Of a DNA stretch of 64,000 nucleotides, positions 24,759-37,074 are shown one piece after another. A program made the position numbers and the translations under genes. Under the pieces are notes generated by a model. That model had not been told where the DNA came from and searched no databases. It saw only the letters and a program-made list of their open reading frames with translations. Positions within the stretch are counted from its first letter, which is position 1, and the number at the start of each line of letters is the position of its first letter. Location: positions 57,957,651-58,021,650 of the forward strand of contig NC_068994.1 of NCBI RefSeq assembly GCF_001194135.2, in the 5' to 3' direction. This DNA comes from Octopus bimaculoides (Eukaryota).

Positions 24759-24942
24759 GCAACAAAAGCTGGTTTATACCAGAAACGTCTGGAGCAATAG
24801 TGAAGAATACTTGTTGGCACTCGAGTGTTTATGATAAGAATAGGCAGTTGATCTACGTCTACGGCGGCTACCATTCTGTTAGTTCGGCAACTAATCACAT
24901 CACAGATAAACTTTATTCATATAAACCCAAAACACGATATTG
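24759..24942 (+). CDS. ATRN: Attractin exon 8: kelch 4
   Basis: Acceptor ctttgcag|; GNKSWFIPETSGAIVKNTCWHSSVYDKNRQLIYVYGGYHS...DKLYSYKPKTRYW; donor TG|GTATGT. Confidence 0.93.
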
Positions 24943-25034
24943 GTATGTATACCTCCTTGCATATATTCATTCACGTGAATTCATATATATACACATGTAT
25001 ACTTATCTATAAGCATTTTCTATGTTTTACATCA

Positions 25035-25690
25035 TCATCATCATCGTCGTTTGACGTCCACTTTCCATGCTGGCATGGGTTGGACAGTTTGACTGAGGAC
25101 TAGCGAGCCAGAAGGCTGCACCAGGCTCCAATCTGATCTGGCAGAGTTTCTACAGCTGGATGCCCTTCCTAATGCCAACCACTCCTAGAGTGTAGCGGGT
25201 GCTTTTACGTGCCACCAGATTGAGAGCCAGTCAGGCAATTCTTGCAACGACCATGCTCAAAAGGTGCTTTTTACGTGCTACCTGCATGGAAGCCAGTCCG
25301 GCGGCACTGGCAACAACCACGCTCGAATGTCTTGACCTGAGTGAAATCGTAGTTATGGCCAGTGCCAATGCCGTCTGACTGGCACCCGTGTCGGTGGCAC
25401 ATATAAAGCACCGTTCAAGTGTTGGGCCTCATGGAGGCAGTGACAGATGACCGAAACCTTTGGTGACATCCTGTGCTTGTGTAGACCTGTCGAGCCAAGT
25501 GTCTGGTCATTGGCACCAATGCCAGTAGCATGTAAAAAACATCCACTACTCTCTTGGAGTGGTTGGCGTCAGGAAGGGCATCCAGCCATAGAAACCTTGT
25601 CAAAGCAGGTGCAGCCCCTGGTTTACCAGTTTTCAGCCAAACCATCCAACTCATGCCAGCATGGAAAGTGGACGTTACATGATGATGAAT
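25035..25690. mobile_element. Two oppositely oriented copies of a (GAT)n-tailed retroelement 3' end
   Basis: (CAT)n-CGTTTGACGTCCACTTTCCATGCTGGCATGGGTTGGAC at 25035 (minus) and CCATCCAACTCATGCCAGCATGGAAAGTGGACGTTACATGATGATG ending at about 25690 (plus). Confidence 0.7.
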
Positions 25691-26112
25691 AACAATTGCC
25701 GACTTTGGCACAAAGCCTCACATTCGAGACGAAGGAATTACCAAATGTGCTGATTCCTGTACTTATATGCTATGTTTTTTTTATTTTTTAAAACTTTTTG
25801 GAAGAACAAAAGGCAGTGTTGACTTCATTAGGGTTTGAACTCAGTACATACAGAGACACAACTGAATATGACAAAGCAGTTCCTCTGTTGCTCTACCGGT
25901 TCTACTGATTCTTTAGATCCATTCCAGATTGGCCATTGGTTGTGATGGCTAAAACGATTACTAGATTTGACTCTGCTGTAAATATGTTGTTTGAAATATG
26001 TTGGTTGATTGAATTGACCCCTATTATGACAAGTCCTTACTATATAACCTCTTGCAAAGATAATGATGGTTTTATTTATAGCTTGTTTCTTTTTTTTTTT
26101 TTGCATGTGTAG

Positions 26113-26270
26113 GCAAGTGTTACGGAGCAGTGATTCACCCCGCTTCCTCCACTCGGCCATTCTTACAACTGAAGGTTTCATGCTGACATTTGGCGGCAAC
26201 ACCCACAATGAGGCTTCTGTGAATTCCGGTGCCAAATGCTATTCTTTAGACTTTATGGCCTATGATGTTG
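26113..26270 (+). CDS. ATRN: Attractin exon 9: kelch 5
   Basis: Acceptor gtgtag|; QVLRSSDSPRFLHSAILTTEGFMLTFGGNTHNEASVNSGAKCYSLDFMAYDV; donor G|GTAAGT. Confidence 0.95.
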
Positions 26271-26355
26271 GTAAGTTCTTTTGCCGCTCTCTCTTCCTAT
26301 TTATCTATTTGTGTATGTAATATATGTGTGTGTGTATAATATGCATACATACAAT

Positions 26356-26403
<48 letters not shown>

Positions 26404-26573
26404 NNNNNNNNNNNNNNNNNNNNNNNNNNNNNNNNNNNNNNNNNNNNNNNNNNNNNNNNNNNNNNNNNNNNNNNNNNNNNNNNNNNNNNNNNNNNNNNNN
26501 NNNNNNNNNNNNNNNNNNNNNNNNNNNNNNNNNNNNNNNNNNNNNNNNNNNNNNNNNNNNNNNNNNNNNNNNN

Positions 26574-26621
<48 letters not shown>

Positions 26622-26980
26622 TGTCACCTGACTGGCTCTTGTGCCAGTGGCACAAAAAAGGCACCATTCGACCGTGGTCAATGCCAGTACCGCCTGGCTG
26701 GTTCCTGTGCTGATGGCACATAAAAAACACCCGCTACACTTTCAGAGTGGTTGGCTTTAGGAAGGGCATCCAGCTGTAGAAACCTTGCCAGATCAGATTG
26801 GAGCCTGGTGCAGCCTCCTGGCCTGCATCACCTGGTTCAGGACTTGAAATCACAATCTTACAAGCATGAGTCCAACACCTTAACCACCAAGCCATGTGCC
26901 TCTACAACATGTTTTATGAAAGTTGAATAAAAAAAGCGAAACCATCCAGGTTCGACTAAAAGCTTCCTTTCTATTTGCAG

Positions 26981-27065
26981 AATGTGATCATTGGTATTGC
27001 TTAGAGAAACCTCACCTACAGAAAGATGTGTCCAGATTTGGCCATGCTGCTGTTTCCCACAACAA
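26981..27065 (+). CDS. ATRN: Attractin exon 10: kelch 5/6
   Basis: Acceptor ctatttgcag|; ECDHWYCLEKPHLQKDVSRFGHAAVSHN; donor AA|GTAAGC. Confidence 0.92.
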
Positions 27066-27711
27066 GTAAGCCACCAGTTTTGTATATTTTACTCCAGTTC
27101 TTGTTATTGCAATTTCCGGTGACATGTAGCAGAAGGAAATACATGTTTGGTGAGGTAACAGTTGATGAAATAACATGTAATTGTAGCTCTTTGATCTGCT
27201 GCACTATATTTGATCATAAATTTGTCACACCCACATGTTGCTATAGGACTTCTGTACCACATATTGCTATGATTTAGTCGTTCTACATGTTATACATGAC
27301 ACCGTGGTACTGTGATACCAGTTAATGTATATAGTTGTCGTTCATGTTACTATCTCATAGTACATGCTGCTGTGAACATGTAATACTACATGTTGAAAAT
27401 GATTGTTGTCATACCATGTCATTGTGGAACTATCATGCTACATGCTGCATTTAAAACCTCATACCACATGTTACCCTGAAGACAGCAATACCAAACATAC
27501 ATGTTGCTGTGAAAACTTGGCATGCCATATTTGCTGTAAAAATGGCTGTACCACATTTTCACTATAAACCTACAATACTTCATTGCTGTGAACTGTCATG
27601 TTTGTTATAAAGCTATAATGCCTTGTGTTGCTGCCATACTACATGTTCCTGTCTGTTCTGACACACCATTAATATATGTTGATATGTTGTTTCGCTCTCT
27701 CTCTGCTGCAG

Positions 27712-27776
27712 TGTGATGTATATCTTCGATGGTTTCAATGGGAGGATGCTACGTGATATCATAAAATACACCACTG
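27712..27776 (+). CDS. ATRN: Attractin exon 11: kelch 6
   Basis: Acceptor ctctgctgcag|; [21 protein letters not shown]; donor G|GTAAGA. Confidence 0.9.
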
Positions 27777-27829
27777 GTAAGAATCTACCAATCACAATTT
27801 GTTTATTTGTTTATAGATATATATCTTAT

Positions 27830-27855
27830 ATATATATATATATACATATATATAT

Positions 27856-27946
<91 letters not shown>
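27830..27946. repeat. (TA)n microsatellite, representative of many (TA)n, (CA)n, (CT)n, (CAT)n and (TTG)n tracts
   Basis: Direct reading; many assembly gaps in the window begin or end at such tracts. Confidence 0.95.
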
Positions 27947-27949
<3 letters not shown>

Positions 27950-28428
27950 TCATCATCATTTATCGGCCGCTTTTCATATATATATATAGATATATTATCA
28001 TCGTCATCATCGTTACTTTTATATCCATGTGTGTGAATTTATGTCTTTTGCCAGTTCATATAAGCATAAAGTATAGAAATTTGTTAGAAAACTTGCTTAT
28101 CAGATGAAATTGCTTGCCTCATGTTAAACAATCTCCCTGTCAGAAATACAGTGAACCAGGCTCCTTGGAAATGTGTAACAAACATTGTTATTGTCTACAA
28201 ATTGCTGTGTAAATTAAAGTAATATGTATAAATGAAAGAGCATTCAATACATGATGTACAGTTTGAAAATATTATGAGAATCAGCTGATGGCTCATGATA
28301 TGAGTGAAAAGAGACAATCACTGTTTCTTGTGGATAAATGTGTGTCCATGTGTTTGTGTCTGCACTCATACACATACATGCACATTCACGTCAATTCAAT
28401 TAATATGATTTTCCTTCTTAAATTCTAG

Positions 28429-28563
28429 GAAATTGCTCAGCATTCACAAATGCAACTGCATGCAAACAAAGCCAACCTGGAATACCATGTTTTTGGTCAG
28501 GAGATTCCTGTGTTCCCAGAAGTCAACTGGCCAATAAAAAGGACTATGTGTGTCCTCCAAACA
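28429..28563 (+). CDS. ATRN: Attractin exon 12: PSI-like repeat
   Basis: Acceptor aattctag|; GNCSAFTNATACKQSQPGIPCFWSGDSCVPRSQLANKKDYVCPPN; donor A|GTAAGT. Confidence 0.9.
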
Positions 28564-28857
28564 GTAAGTTGATCTTTTCTTGTGTTGGGAGTAGAAGAAT
28601 GGCAGTGTCTGAGGGCGAGTATTCTCTTCATGGCATTGTTGGATACTCTTTCTCTCCCCCCCTTCTCCCCCCTCTCTCTATATACATTTATATANNNNNN
28701 NNNNCTGTATTTTGACACAAATTAAATTTAAATTTGAATCTAATGGCGGTTTTTTTGTGTGTTTTTAATTGACTTATAAACACCTTCCATGCTGCAATTG
28801 TTTTTGTTTCAGCACACAATCTCAGATCAAGTTGCTTGCTATGCAAGTACATCTCTG

Positions 28858-28897
<40 letters not shown>

Positions 28898-29235
28898 TGT
28901 CTTGGGAGGGTCATTATGTCAATAATAATAAACACACACACACTTGTTTAATATCACTTCTTTATTGTTAGTCAATTGGTTAAACATCTAACCAATACAC
29001 ACACACACACTTAAAAGATTTTGCAAACATTGATATGAACCGTTTGAGATGAAGTTTGCTTATAGTATAAGCACTTTCACTGTTAAGTTTTTCATACACG
29101 TGCGTGTGTGTGTGTGTGTGCATACATACATACTTTCGTGTGTGTGTGCATGTTTATATTTGTAGATATATATGTATATATATATATGAACAGTAAATGA
29201 TATATATTTATGTGTGTGCCTATGTACCATTTCAG

Positions 29236-29360
29236 ATGATATCATCATGTGTTCCAAGATCAAGAACTGCAGGAGTTGTCTGTCCAATTATGAGAAATGT
29301 TCCTGGTGCAAAAAGAGGTGTATGTCTTCTTCAGATTGTTTGGATAGCCACACTGACTTG
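29236..29360 (+). CDS. ATRN: Attractin exon 13: PSI repeat
   Basis: Acceptor catttcag|; DIIMCSKIKNCRSCLSNYEKCSWCKKRCMSSSDCLDSHTDL; donor TTG|GTAAAG, phase 0. Confidence 0.9.
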
Positions 29361-30791
29361 GTAAAGTATTCTCCGCATTTCCACCTTTGCTTCCACTCAC
29401 ACTTCTTCCCACATCTCGACTCAACACTTTCACCTATGTCCTACCCTCATTTTTACCACACCTCCACCTCTCTGTCTCCTACCACACTTCCACTTCATCC
29501 CCACCTCTTTTAATTTACTGTTCATTGCACATAGCTAATATTGTCATCAGTACCCCTATATACATACAAATATATATATATATATATATCCACACACAGA
29601 TACATACGTACATGCTTGCATACCATTTCACATATGCAAAGACAAAGCTGCATACACACACACACACACTTCACGTTCATATACACGTGTAATTTGCTTG
29701 TATACAGACATAAAAACAATTGTATGCACAGACGCAACAGTATACTCATAATAAAGAAATAGAGAATAAGGGGGTATGTGTAAGCAGGACCCCCCCTTAC
29801 ACATGCCCTTTAGTTTACATGTCTGTATAAGAGCGAATATTCACTCGCACTTTTGTGTGTGTTGACACTGTGCCTTGTTGACATAAATCAAGCAATTCAT
29901 GTCAAACAGGTACCAGTTGAATAACAAGTATAAGAGCATATCTTTCATACATTAGTCTTTTCTCTTAAGGACTTCTAAATGACAATATACAATATACCGT
30001 TTTATATGTAAATAAGTATGAATGCAAATGGGAAGGACGTTTGAAAAGATAGTTTTTTACGTGGGTGTTTAAGTGGGTGACTTTTTACTGCAATACTCTC
30101 ATGTCACTTTTTAATACTCAGCACCCATCTTCCATTCGTATTACATGTCCAGACCAAGAGTCCTTTGTTCCCTGGACATCAGCCAAAACCTTTTGTAGCC
30201 AGTCCCTCCGCCCCAACAATCAGTTCAGTGTGTTCCACCTTTCATGCGGGTAAACATTACACATCTTCTCATCATACATACACCATCTCTTTCTTCCCAC
30301 ATGTCACAAACTTTCCACATTCAATGCCCCACATGTCTCCCTACCATGTAGCAGTGTCACATTTTATACACAAACCTTACTCAGTTTTTTCTTTCACAGA
30401 GAGAAATCGTTTGTTGTCAACAGAGATAATAATTTGACCAACTTTGTCCATATTTCCTTTACTCTGCCCACCACCACCACCACCACATCCACCACCACCA
30501 CCACACCCACCACCACCACCATATTCACCACACTATACTCCTACCATCACCTGCTACCCTACCACTACTCCCATTACAGCTGCCCTCTCTTCTGTACCAT
30601 TCAAGTCACCTAGGTAACAGATATTATCAACTTCATGTAGTTACCTCCTCCTCCCCCCACTACTCCTCTTGTTTATCATGATAGGGCTGTGTGTTTTATT
30701 CTATCACATATGTTACTGCCCCACTCCTTTTCTCTACTCATTGATTGAAATGAGTACACTCCATGTACTTCCTGCCTACTTCTTACTCCCT

Positions 30792-30841
<50 letters not shown>

Positions 30842-30844
30842 TTT

Positions 30845-31245
30845 TACTTGTTTCAGTCATTTGACTGTGGCCATGCTGGAGCACCACCTTTAGTCGAACC
30901 CCAGGACTTAGTCTTTGTAAACCTAGTACTTATTCTATCGGTTTCTTTTACCAAACTAAATTACAGGAACGTAAGCACACCAACATCGATTGTCAAGCGA
31001 TGGAGGGGGGACAAACACACACACATACATACACACATATATATGTATATATACATATGATGGGTTTCTTTCAGTTTCCATCTACGAAATCCACTCACAA
31101 AGCTTTGGTCAGCCTGTGGTTATAGTAGAAGACACTTGCCCGCGGTGCCATGCAGTGAGACTGAGCCCGGAACCATGTGGTTGAGAAGCAAACTTCTTTA
31201 CCACGCAACCACACCTATATGTAACTTCTTACCACACAGCCATAC
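30845..31245 (-). mobile_element. SINE family A copy
   Basis: TTTTACTTGTTTCAGTCATTTGACTGTGGCCATGCTGGAGCACC...CTTCTTTACCACGCAACC. Confidence 0.8.
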
Positions 31246-32204
31246 ATCTGTGCATGTGTGTGTGTGCATAAAATGAAAATGAACTAGATAAGTGTGGCAG
31301 CTGATATTTATTTAGACAACAAAGACAAAGAGATATACACTGTATACTATACATGATAAAGTCTTGATTTATTAAAACTGTCTTTGCTCAGAGAGAAAGT
31401 AAATAAACATGCAGTGACAAATGTAATTGATTCTGAATAAGGAAGAGAGACAAATAATCAGTTCTTTGCAACTGATGTGCCATTAAGAGAAAGTTGGTCA
31501 GTTTTGGGGTTTTTTTGTTGTAAAGAAAGAGAATAGTTGTGAAAACAGGTTTCTGTCTCATTAAGCATCATCAGCACAGCGTTGTTCTATGTAGGTTAAG
31601 TTCTATTTGTGAGATACAGTTATTTTGAATTTGCTGCAGAAAGTGGTCTATGTTTGTGGTAGAAAATGAGGTGGGGCGGCGCTTGGGTGCCAAAAATGTT
31701 TGGGAATCACTAGGTTAAAGGAATATTATTATTGAGGCATTGTTTTGCAACTGGACACCTTTCCTGTTGCTAACCCTTGCCAGTTTTTCAAGTAAGGGAT
31801 CTCCTTATTCTATATATTTCTCGAAGATGCAAAGCCAATGGGGGATGACAATGATGTCACCACCTGTAGCTCAGCGATTTTCAGAACATATAAAAACTCA
31901 CATGTATAATGGGCTTCCTTCAGTTTCTGTCCATCGAATCCATTCACAAGGCTTTGATTGGCTCTGGACCATTGTAGAAGATACTTGCCCTAGGTGATGC
32001 ATGTGGGGTTGAACCCAGAACTATCTGGTGGGGAGCAAGCTTCTTTACCAATTGGCCATATGTTTGTGTGTGTATGCGAGTGTATTAAAAAGAAAAATTA
32101 GTCAGAAATAATGAAGTCATCATTTCTTAATTTATTTATAATTGCTATTATTAATGTGGCTATGCTGTATACTGCTAAGAACTTTACATTCCTCTCCCTC
32201 TCTT

Positions 32205-32286
<82 letters not shown>

Positions 32287-32676
32287 TCTNNNNNNNNNNN
32301 NNNNNNNNNNNNNNNNNNNNNNNNNNNNNNNNNNNNNNNNNNNNNNNNNNNNNNNNNNNNNNNNNNNNNNNNNNNNNNNNNNNNNNNNNNNNNNNNNNNN
32401 NNNNNNNNNNNNNNNNNNNNNNNNNNNNNNNNNNNNNNNNNNNNNNNNNNNNNNNNNNNNNNNNNNNNNNNNNNNNNNNNNNNNNNNNNNNNNNNNNNNN
32501 NNNNNNNNNNNNNNNNNNNNNNNNNNNNNNNNNNNNNNNNNNNNNNNNNNNNNNNNNNNNNNNNNNNNNNNNNNNNNNNNNNNNNNNNNNNNNNNNNNNN
32601 NNNNNNNNNNNNNNNNNNNNNNNNNNNCCAAAGCCAAACAGACTTTGGTGAGACCCAGCACTTCTCGCTTTTGCAG

Positions 32677-32769
32677 GTGGACACAGACGTGCCACAATCC
32701 CGAATTCAAACCATTTTCCAACTGGGTAATGGTTTCATAGTGCAGCACATACAACACCAGGCTGTAAAG
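32677..32769 (+). CDS. Possible 93-nt in-frame cassette exon in attractin intron 13
   Basis: cacttctcgcttttgcag|GTG...AAG|gtaggc, open, phase 0-0, encoding VDTDVPQSRIQTIFQLGNGFIVQHIQHQAVK; no homology support. Confidence 0.3.
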
Positions 32770-33899
32770 GTAGGCTCTAACAAATACCCTCTCTCTTTCA
32801 TGCACCTCAGCCTCTCTCTCTATCTCTCTCTCGCTCTCTCTCTCTCTAACACTTTCTCTCTCTTTCTTATTCTTTCTCTTTACCTCCCTCACTAACTCTT
32901 GATATTTTTTTTGTTCTTCTTACTAATGGAATGTTACCTTCCCTTCCATGTCTGTTAAACATTGCCTTGTTGTTTCATGCTGTTGCCAATGTCGTCGTTG
33001 TTGTTGTTGTTTAGTGTCAGGTCAGATGGATGGTCAAAAGGTATTCTTCCAGCCTTGACCATCCTGTCTCTCTCCTTCAGACTTGTCCTTTTCTGAAGAA
33101 CATAGTGTGACATGAGCCAGAGTTGGCTGTTATTTCTCACAGGTTGAGTGACCAAGTAGAGATTTTCTTAATGGCTTAGTGTTGCTGTTGCTGCTGCTGT
33201 TGTTGTTGTTGTTGTTGTTGTTCAGCCCTAGGTCGGCTTGATTAAACAGACCTGTAATCTAAAACATTCTACCCATGACCAACCTGTCTTACTCAAATAA
33301 TATATCCAGGACAACGTTATTCAATGTGTCCTTCCTCTTTTTAAGATGCATAGAAAAGACCAGACTCCGAGTTCTGTTTGTTTCAATGACCACATAGAGG
33401 ACACACACGTTAGCTGCTGCTGCTGTATATTTCACATTTAAGGGATTCAACTAAGCTACATTTTACCGTTTTCGTTTCATTTGTTCATCATCATCATCAT
33501 CATCATCTTTCTCTAGTCTCAGACTCACCACTTTTCTTGGTTCTGGACTTAAAACCATCTGATGATAACAATTTTTCCTTGTGATATCCCCTTACTTGTG
33601 GTTACTGGGATAACTATCAGGTGTTATCCTCTAACCCGGGACTATTAGAATAACTTATCTATTGGGTATTCCCACCTTACCTGCAATTACTAGGCTAACT
33701 TGCCTATTAGGTGTTCTCTCCTCACCTGCACTAAAATTGCCTTGTGGTATTTAGTTATATTCCTTTACTATCTGAAATCAAATGGGAATCAGTAAGTTAC
33801 CTGTGGTTACCAGAGGTGATTTAATTAACTGTACAACTCTGCCATGCTCCACCAGTTTGTGACCTTGTGCTTATGCTGAAAAAACATTATTATTATTGA

Positions 33900-34060
33900 G
33901 TGAGAGAGCAGTGCATGCCATCTAAGTGACACTGAGGTACAAATATATGAAACCCAATATATCCATCATGACTACCTGTCTGATAAGGGTACACCAGGCA
34001 CATGCATCACAACCATATGTGCACAACATGGTGATTTCGTATGAAGATAAACAGTGCGTG
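33900..34060 (+). repeat. Dispersed repeat; a partial reverse-complement copy abuts the gap at 39882-39945
   Basis: ACTGAGGTACAAATATATGAAACCCAATATATCCATCATGACTACCTGTCTGATAAGGGTAC occurs here and, inverted, at 39882-39945. Confidence 0.7.
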
Positions 34061-34213
34061 ACCTTGCTGGCAGGGCTCGACCCCCCCCCCCCCAACTTGT
34101 TTATATGTATTTTGTCTCTGTATAAATTTGTATATATGTCATTCTGTATGCGGATGTTTGTGTGTCCTGTTCTTGTACCGAACATATGCTGAAGGTTTCT
34201 TTAGAATGTGTTA

Positions 34214-34441
34214 TTAACCCTTTTGATACCAATCCGGCTGAAACTGTCTCTGACTGTAGTACAAATGTCTTGTTTCAAAAGTTCTGAATTAAAATCTTCC
34301 ACCAAACCTTAGTCACAATTTATGTTCCTAACACTAGCCTAATGATAACTAAGTTATTTTACTAAATTCTTTGTTATATCTAAAATTAATTGAAAGAAAC
34401 ACAGAGCATCTCAACAGAAATATGGTAACAAAACAGGTTAA
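34214..34441. mobile_element. Second TTAA-flanked MITE family
   Basis: TTAACCCTTTTGATACC...GGTAACAAAACAGGTTAA. Confidence 0.6.
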
Positions 34442-34654
34442 AATATTCTGATATCTTGCATGTGTTTGTGCATGTTCTAACTTTAAGCATCTTGTTAGTA
34501 TTTAATTTAAAGATCCCTTTTTGTCCACTTCTTCTTCTTCTTCTCCTGTGTTTCTGAATTGTCAAGTTTTGTTTCTGAGTTTGAGCTTGGTCATATAATG
34601 TGGCACTTTGGAAAAGTATCAAGTACCTTCTTTTACAACTATTCAATTGTGGTC

Positions 34655-34865
34655 GATGCCAGCCCCCTCTGGCCCCTGTGCCAGTGACATGTAAAAAGCA
34701 CCTACTACACTCTCAGAGTGGTTGGTGTGAGGAAGGGCGTCCAACTGTAGAAACATTGCCAGATCAGACTGGAGTCTGGTGCAGCCTTCTGGCTTCCCAG
34801 ACCCCAGTCGAACCGTCCAACCCATGCCAGCATGGAAAATGGACGTTAAACGATGGTGATGATGA
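34655..34865 (+). mobile_element. (GAT)n-tailed retroelement 3' end
   Basis: GTAAAAAGCACC...GGAAGGGCGTCCAACTGTAGAAAC...CCAACCCATGCCAGCATGGAAAATGGACGTTAAACGATGGTGATG. Confidence 0.75.
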
Positions 34866-35858
34866 ATTCCTTATAATATTATAGAAATATAAACATTTTT
34901 TAAAGCCTTGAATGGCTATGAGGACCCATCCAGGTAAAATAGGAACCAAAGGGGTCTATAGAGAAATAAGGGGTTGAGAATCATTGCTCTACAGGATTTC
35001 CTATAAATACACAACCTTTATATACCCCAGCACATCTCCGTCTTCATTCATCTTTCAGAATATTAGTACCCAGCTTTGCTCTTCATGTTCTGCTTTCAAA
35101 ATACCATACCACTTGCCCTTCTCCCCTCCCCCACCCACCCAAGACAAAGACACCATTCACCCCACTCAATACCATAACCCCACCTTCGCTCTATGCATTA
35201 TGACCTCTCCACCCCCTTATGTCTTCACTCTGCACTTTTCCACACCGCAACTTATATTACAGAAGACGAGATATTACCTCTGTACATGTGTGTGTATATA
35301 TAAACACATAAATGCACACACAACACTACTGCCGCCCACCCGTATTTCATCTCCTCACCCCTGTTGTCCTGTCTCTATAGTGTTATGTAATGTGTATAGC
35401 ATAAACTCTACAGCATGCCTACATAATATCCACTGTATAACATTAGGTTAACTGCTTGCGGAGTTGTTGTTATTTTTGTTTTAATCCCTTTGATTTAACC
35501 CCTTTCATACCCATCAACAAGAGACTCTCAACGTTTCTGGTTATGTTAAATAAAACTTGGTCTTTCAATTTGTTTATGTTAAAATTCAAACCTTCCATCA
35601 AAATTTTATTTACGAACCTTTCGTACTGTTCTGAGCAAAAATTTTAATAATAAAAAGATATTTTTTTAAACTCTTGATTCTCATAATTAATTCAAATATA
35701 ATAATAGTGTATTTCATTAGAAATGTTGTCAGGAAACCATTAATAAATGATTGTGTTAATCACTTTTTAATAATGATGCATTTTGTTCTAATATTATTAG
35801 ATAAAAAAATTGTCTTCCTGCATGCCATAACTTGATTGCATGCTTTGTCAACAATATC

Positions 35859-35920
<62 letters not shown>

Positions 35921-36123
35921 ATTGTTTTTTTTCACAACTTTTATAGTAATTCTAAAATCATTTTTATAAATGAAATAAAATTTTCAGTGAAAAATAATGC
36001 TAGACATTGTAAAGCACCAAATTTAAATCGGATGATAATGAAATGATTGTGTATAATGCTCAGGTGCAGTACAAGTACAAAGAGAGAAAATGGTTTCTAA
36101 TGGGAATTTTTTGATTATTTCAG

Positions 36124-36253
36124 ACAAAGGATATCAAAGATTGCCCTGTGGATGTAGAATGTTCTTTCCTCCACAGTTGTGCTCTTTGTCAACTTGAGCC
36201 AAATTGTTTTTGGATTGAGAATAACAAATCTTGTGTATATAAAGAGAAAAACA
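36124..36253 (+). CDS. ATRN: Attractin exon 14: PSI repeat
   Basis: Acceptor tattttcag|; TKDIKDCPVDVECSFLHSCALCQLEPNCFWIENNKSCVYKEKN; donor A|GTGAGT. Confidence 0.9.
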
Positions 36254-36376
36254 GTGAGTATTTTCACCTGGTTCAGCCAATCCGTTTTTCAACTGTTTTA
36301 ATCTCCCTTAATCTCTTAATTTTTAATTTTTTACCTGTGTAAATATTTTCTTTTTTTTTTCTTTACCATTTCCTAG

Positions 36377-36562
36377 ATGCAAAGGCAGTTACTCAGAAAT
36401 GCAAAGTCCCCTGTCCATCTCATACAACTTGTGAAAACTGCACAAAAGATGAATGCATGTGGTGCAGCAGTGCACAGCGTTGCGTTGATATGAACTCTTA
36501 TGTAGTGTCTTTCCTCTACGGTCAATGTACCAAATGGAATACAGACAAAAACCTCTGTACAA
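36377..36562 (+). CDS. ATRN: Attractin exon 15: PSI repeat
   Basis: Acceptor tttcctag|; AKAVTQKCKVPCPSHTTCENCTKDECMWCSSAQRCVDMNSYVVSFLYGQCTKWNTDKNLCT; donor A|GTAAGT. Confidence 0.95.
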
Positions 36563-36879
36563 GTAAGTCGACTCTTTGCTTTTTCTTTTTCGTATATTCC
36601 TTGGGAGTGTTAGGGTCTGTAGCCTCTTTGAAACCTTCAGGAGTTCGGACATCTTCTATCCTTTACTTCTTTCAGTCATTAGACTGTGGCCATGCTGGGG
36701 GCACTGCTTTGAACAATTTTTAGTCAAGTGGATCAACTTGCACACTGATACAAACACACACATTGTCACTCACATACTGACTGGCACACACACACGCACA
36801 CACACACACATTTTCACCTGCCATTGCTACCCATGTTGTATGTTCCTCCTTTGACACACGTCTTTTGATCCTATTACAG

Positions 36880-37074
36880 AAAACCGTTGTTCAGACATCA
36901 GAACTTGCAAGGAATGTCAGATGAATCCAATTTGTGGTTGGTGCCATGATGTGAGTAACACAGGCCTTGGTCATTGTATGGAAGGTGGTATGTCTGGTCC
37001 GGCTAAACTTCCCTGGAATTCTCATACGTTGTCCACCTGTCCACTTTCCAGGTGGTATTTTGTACAGTGTCCAC
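36880..37074 (+). CDS. ATRN: Attractin exon 16: PSI repeat
   Basis: Acceptor ctattacag|; NRCSDIRTCKECQMNPICGWCHDVSNTGLGHCMEGGMSGP...WYFVQCP; donor C|GTAAGA. Confidence 0.95.
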
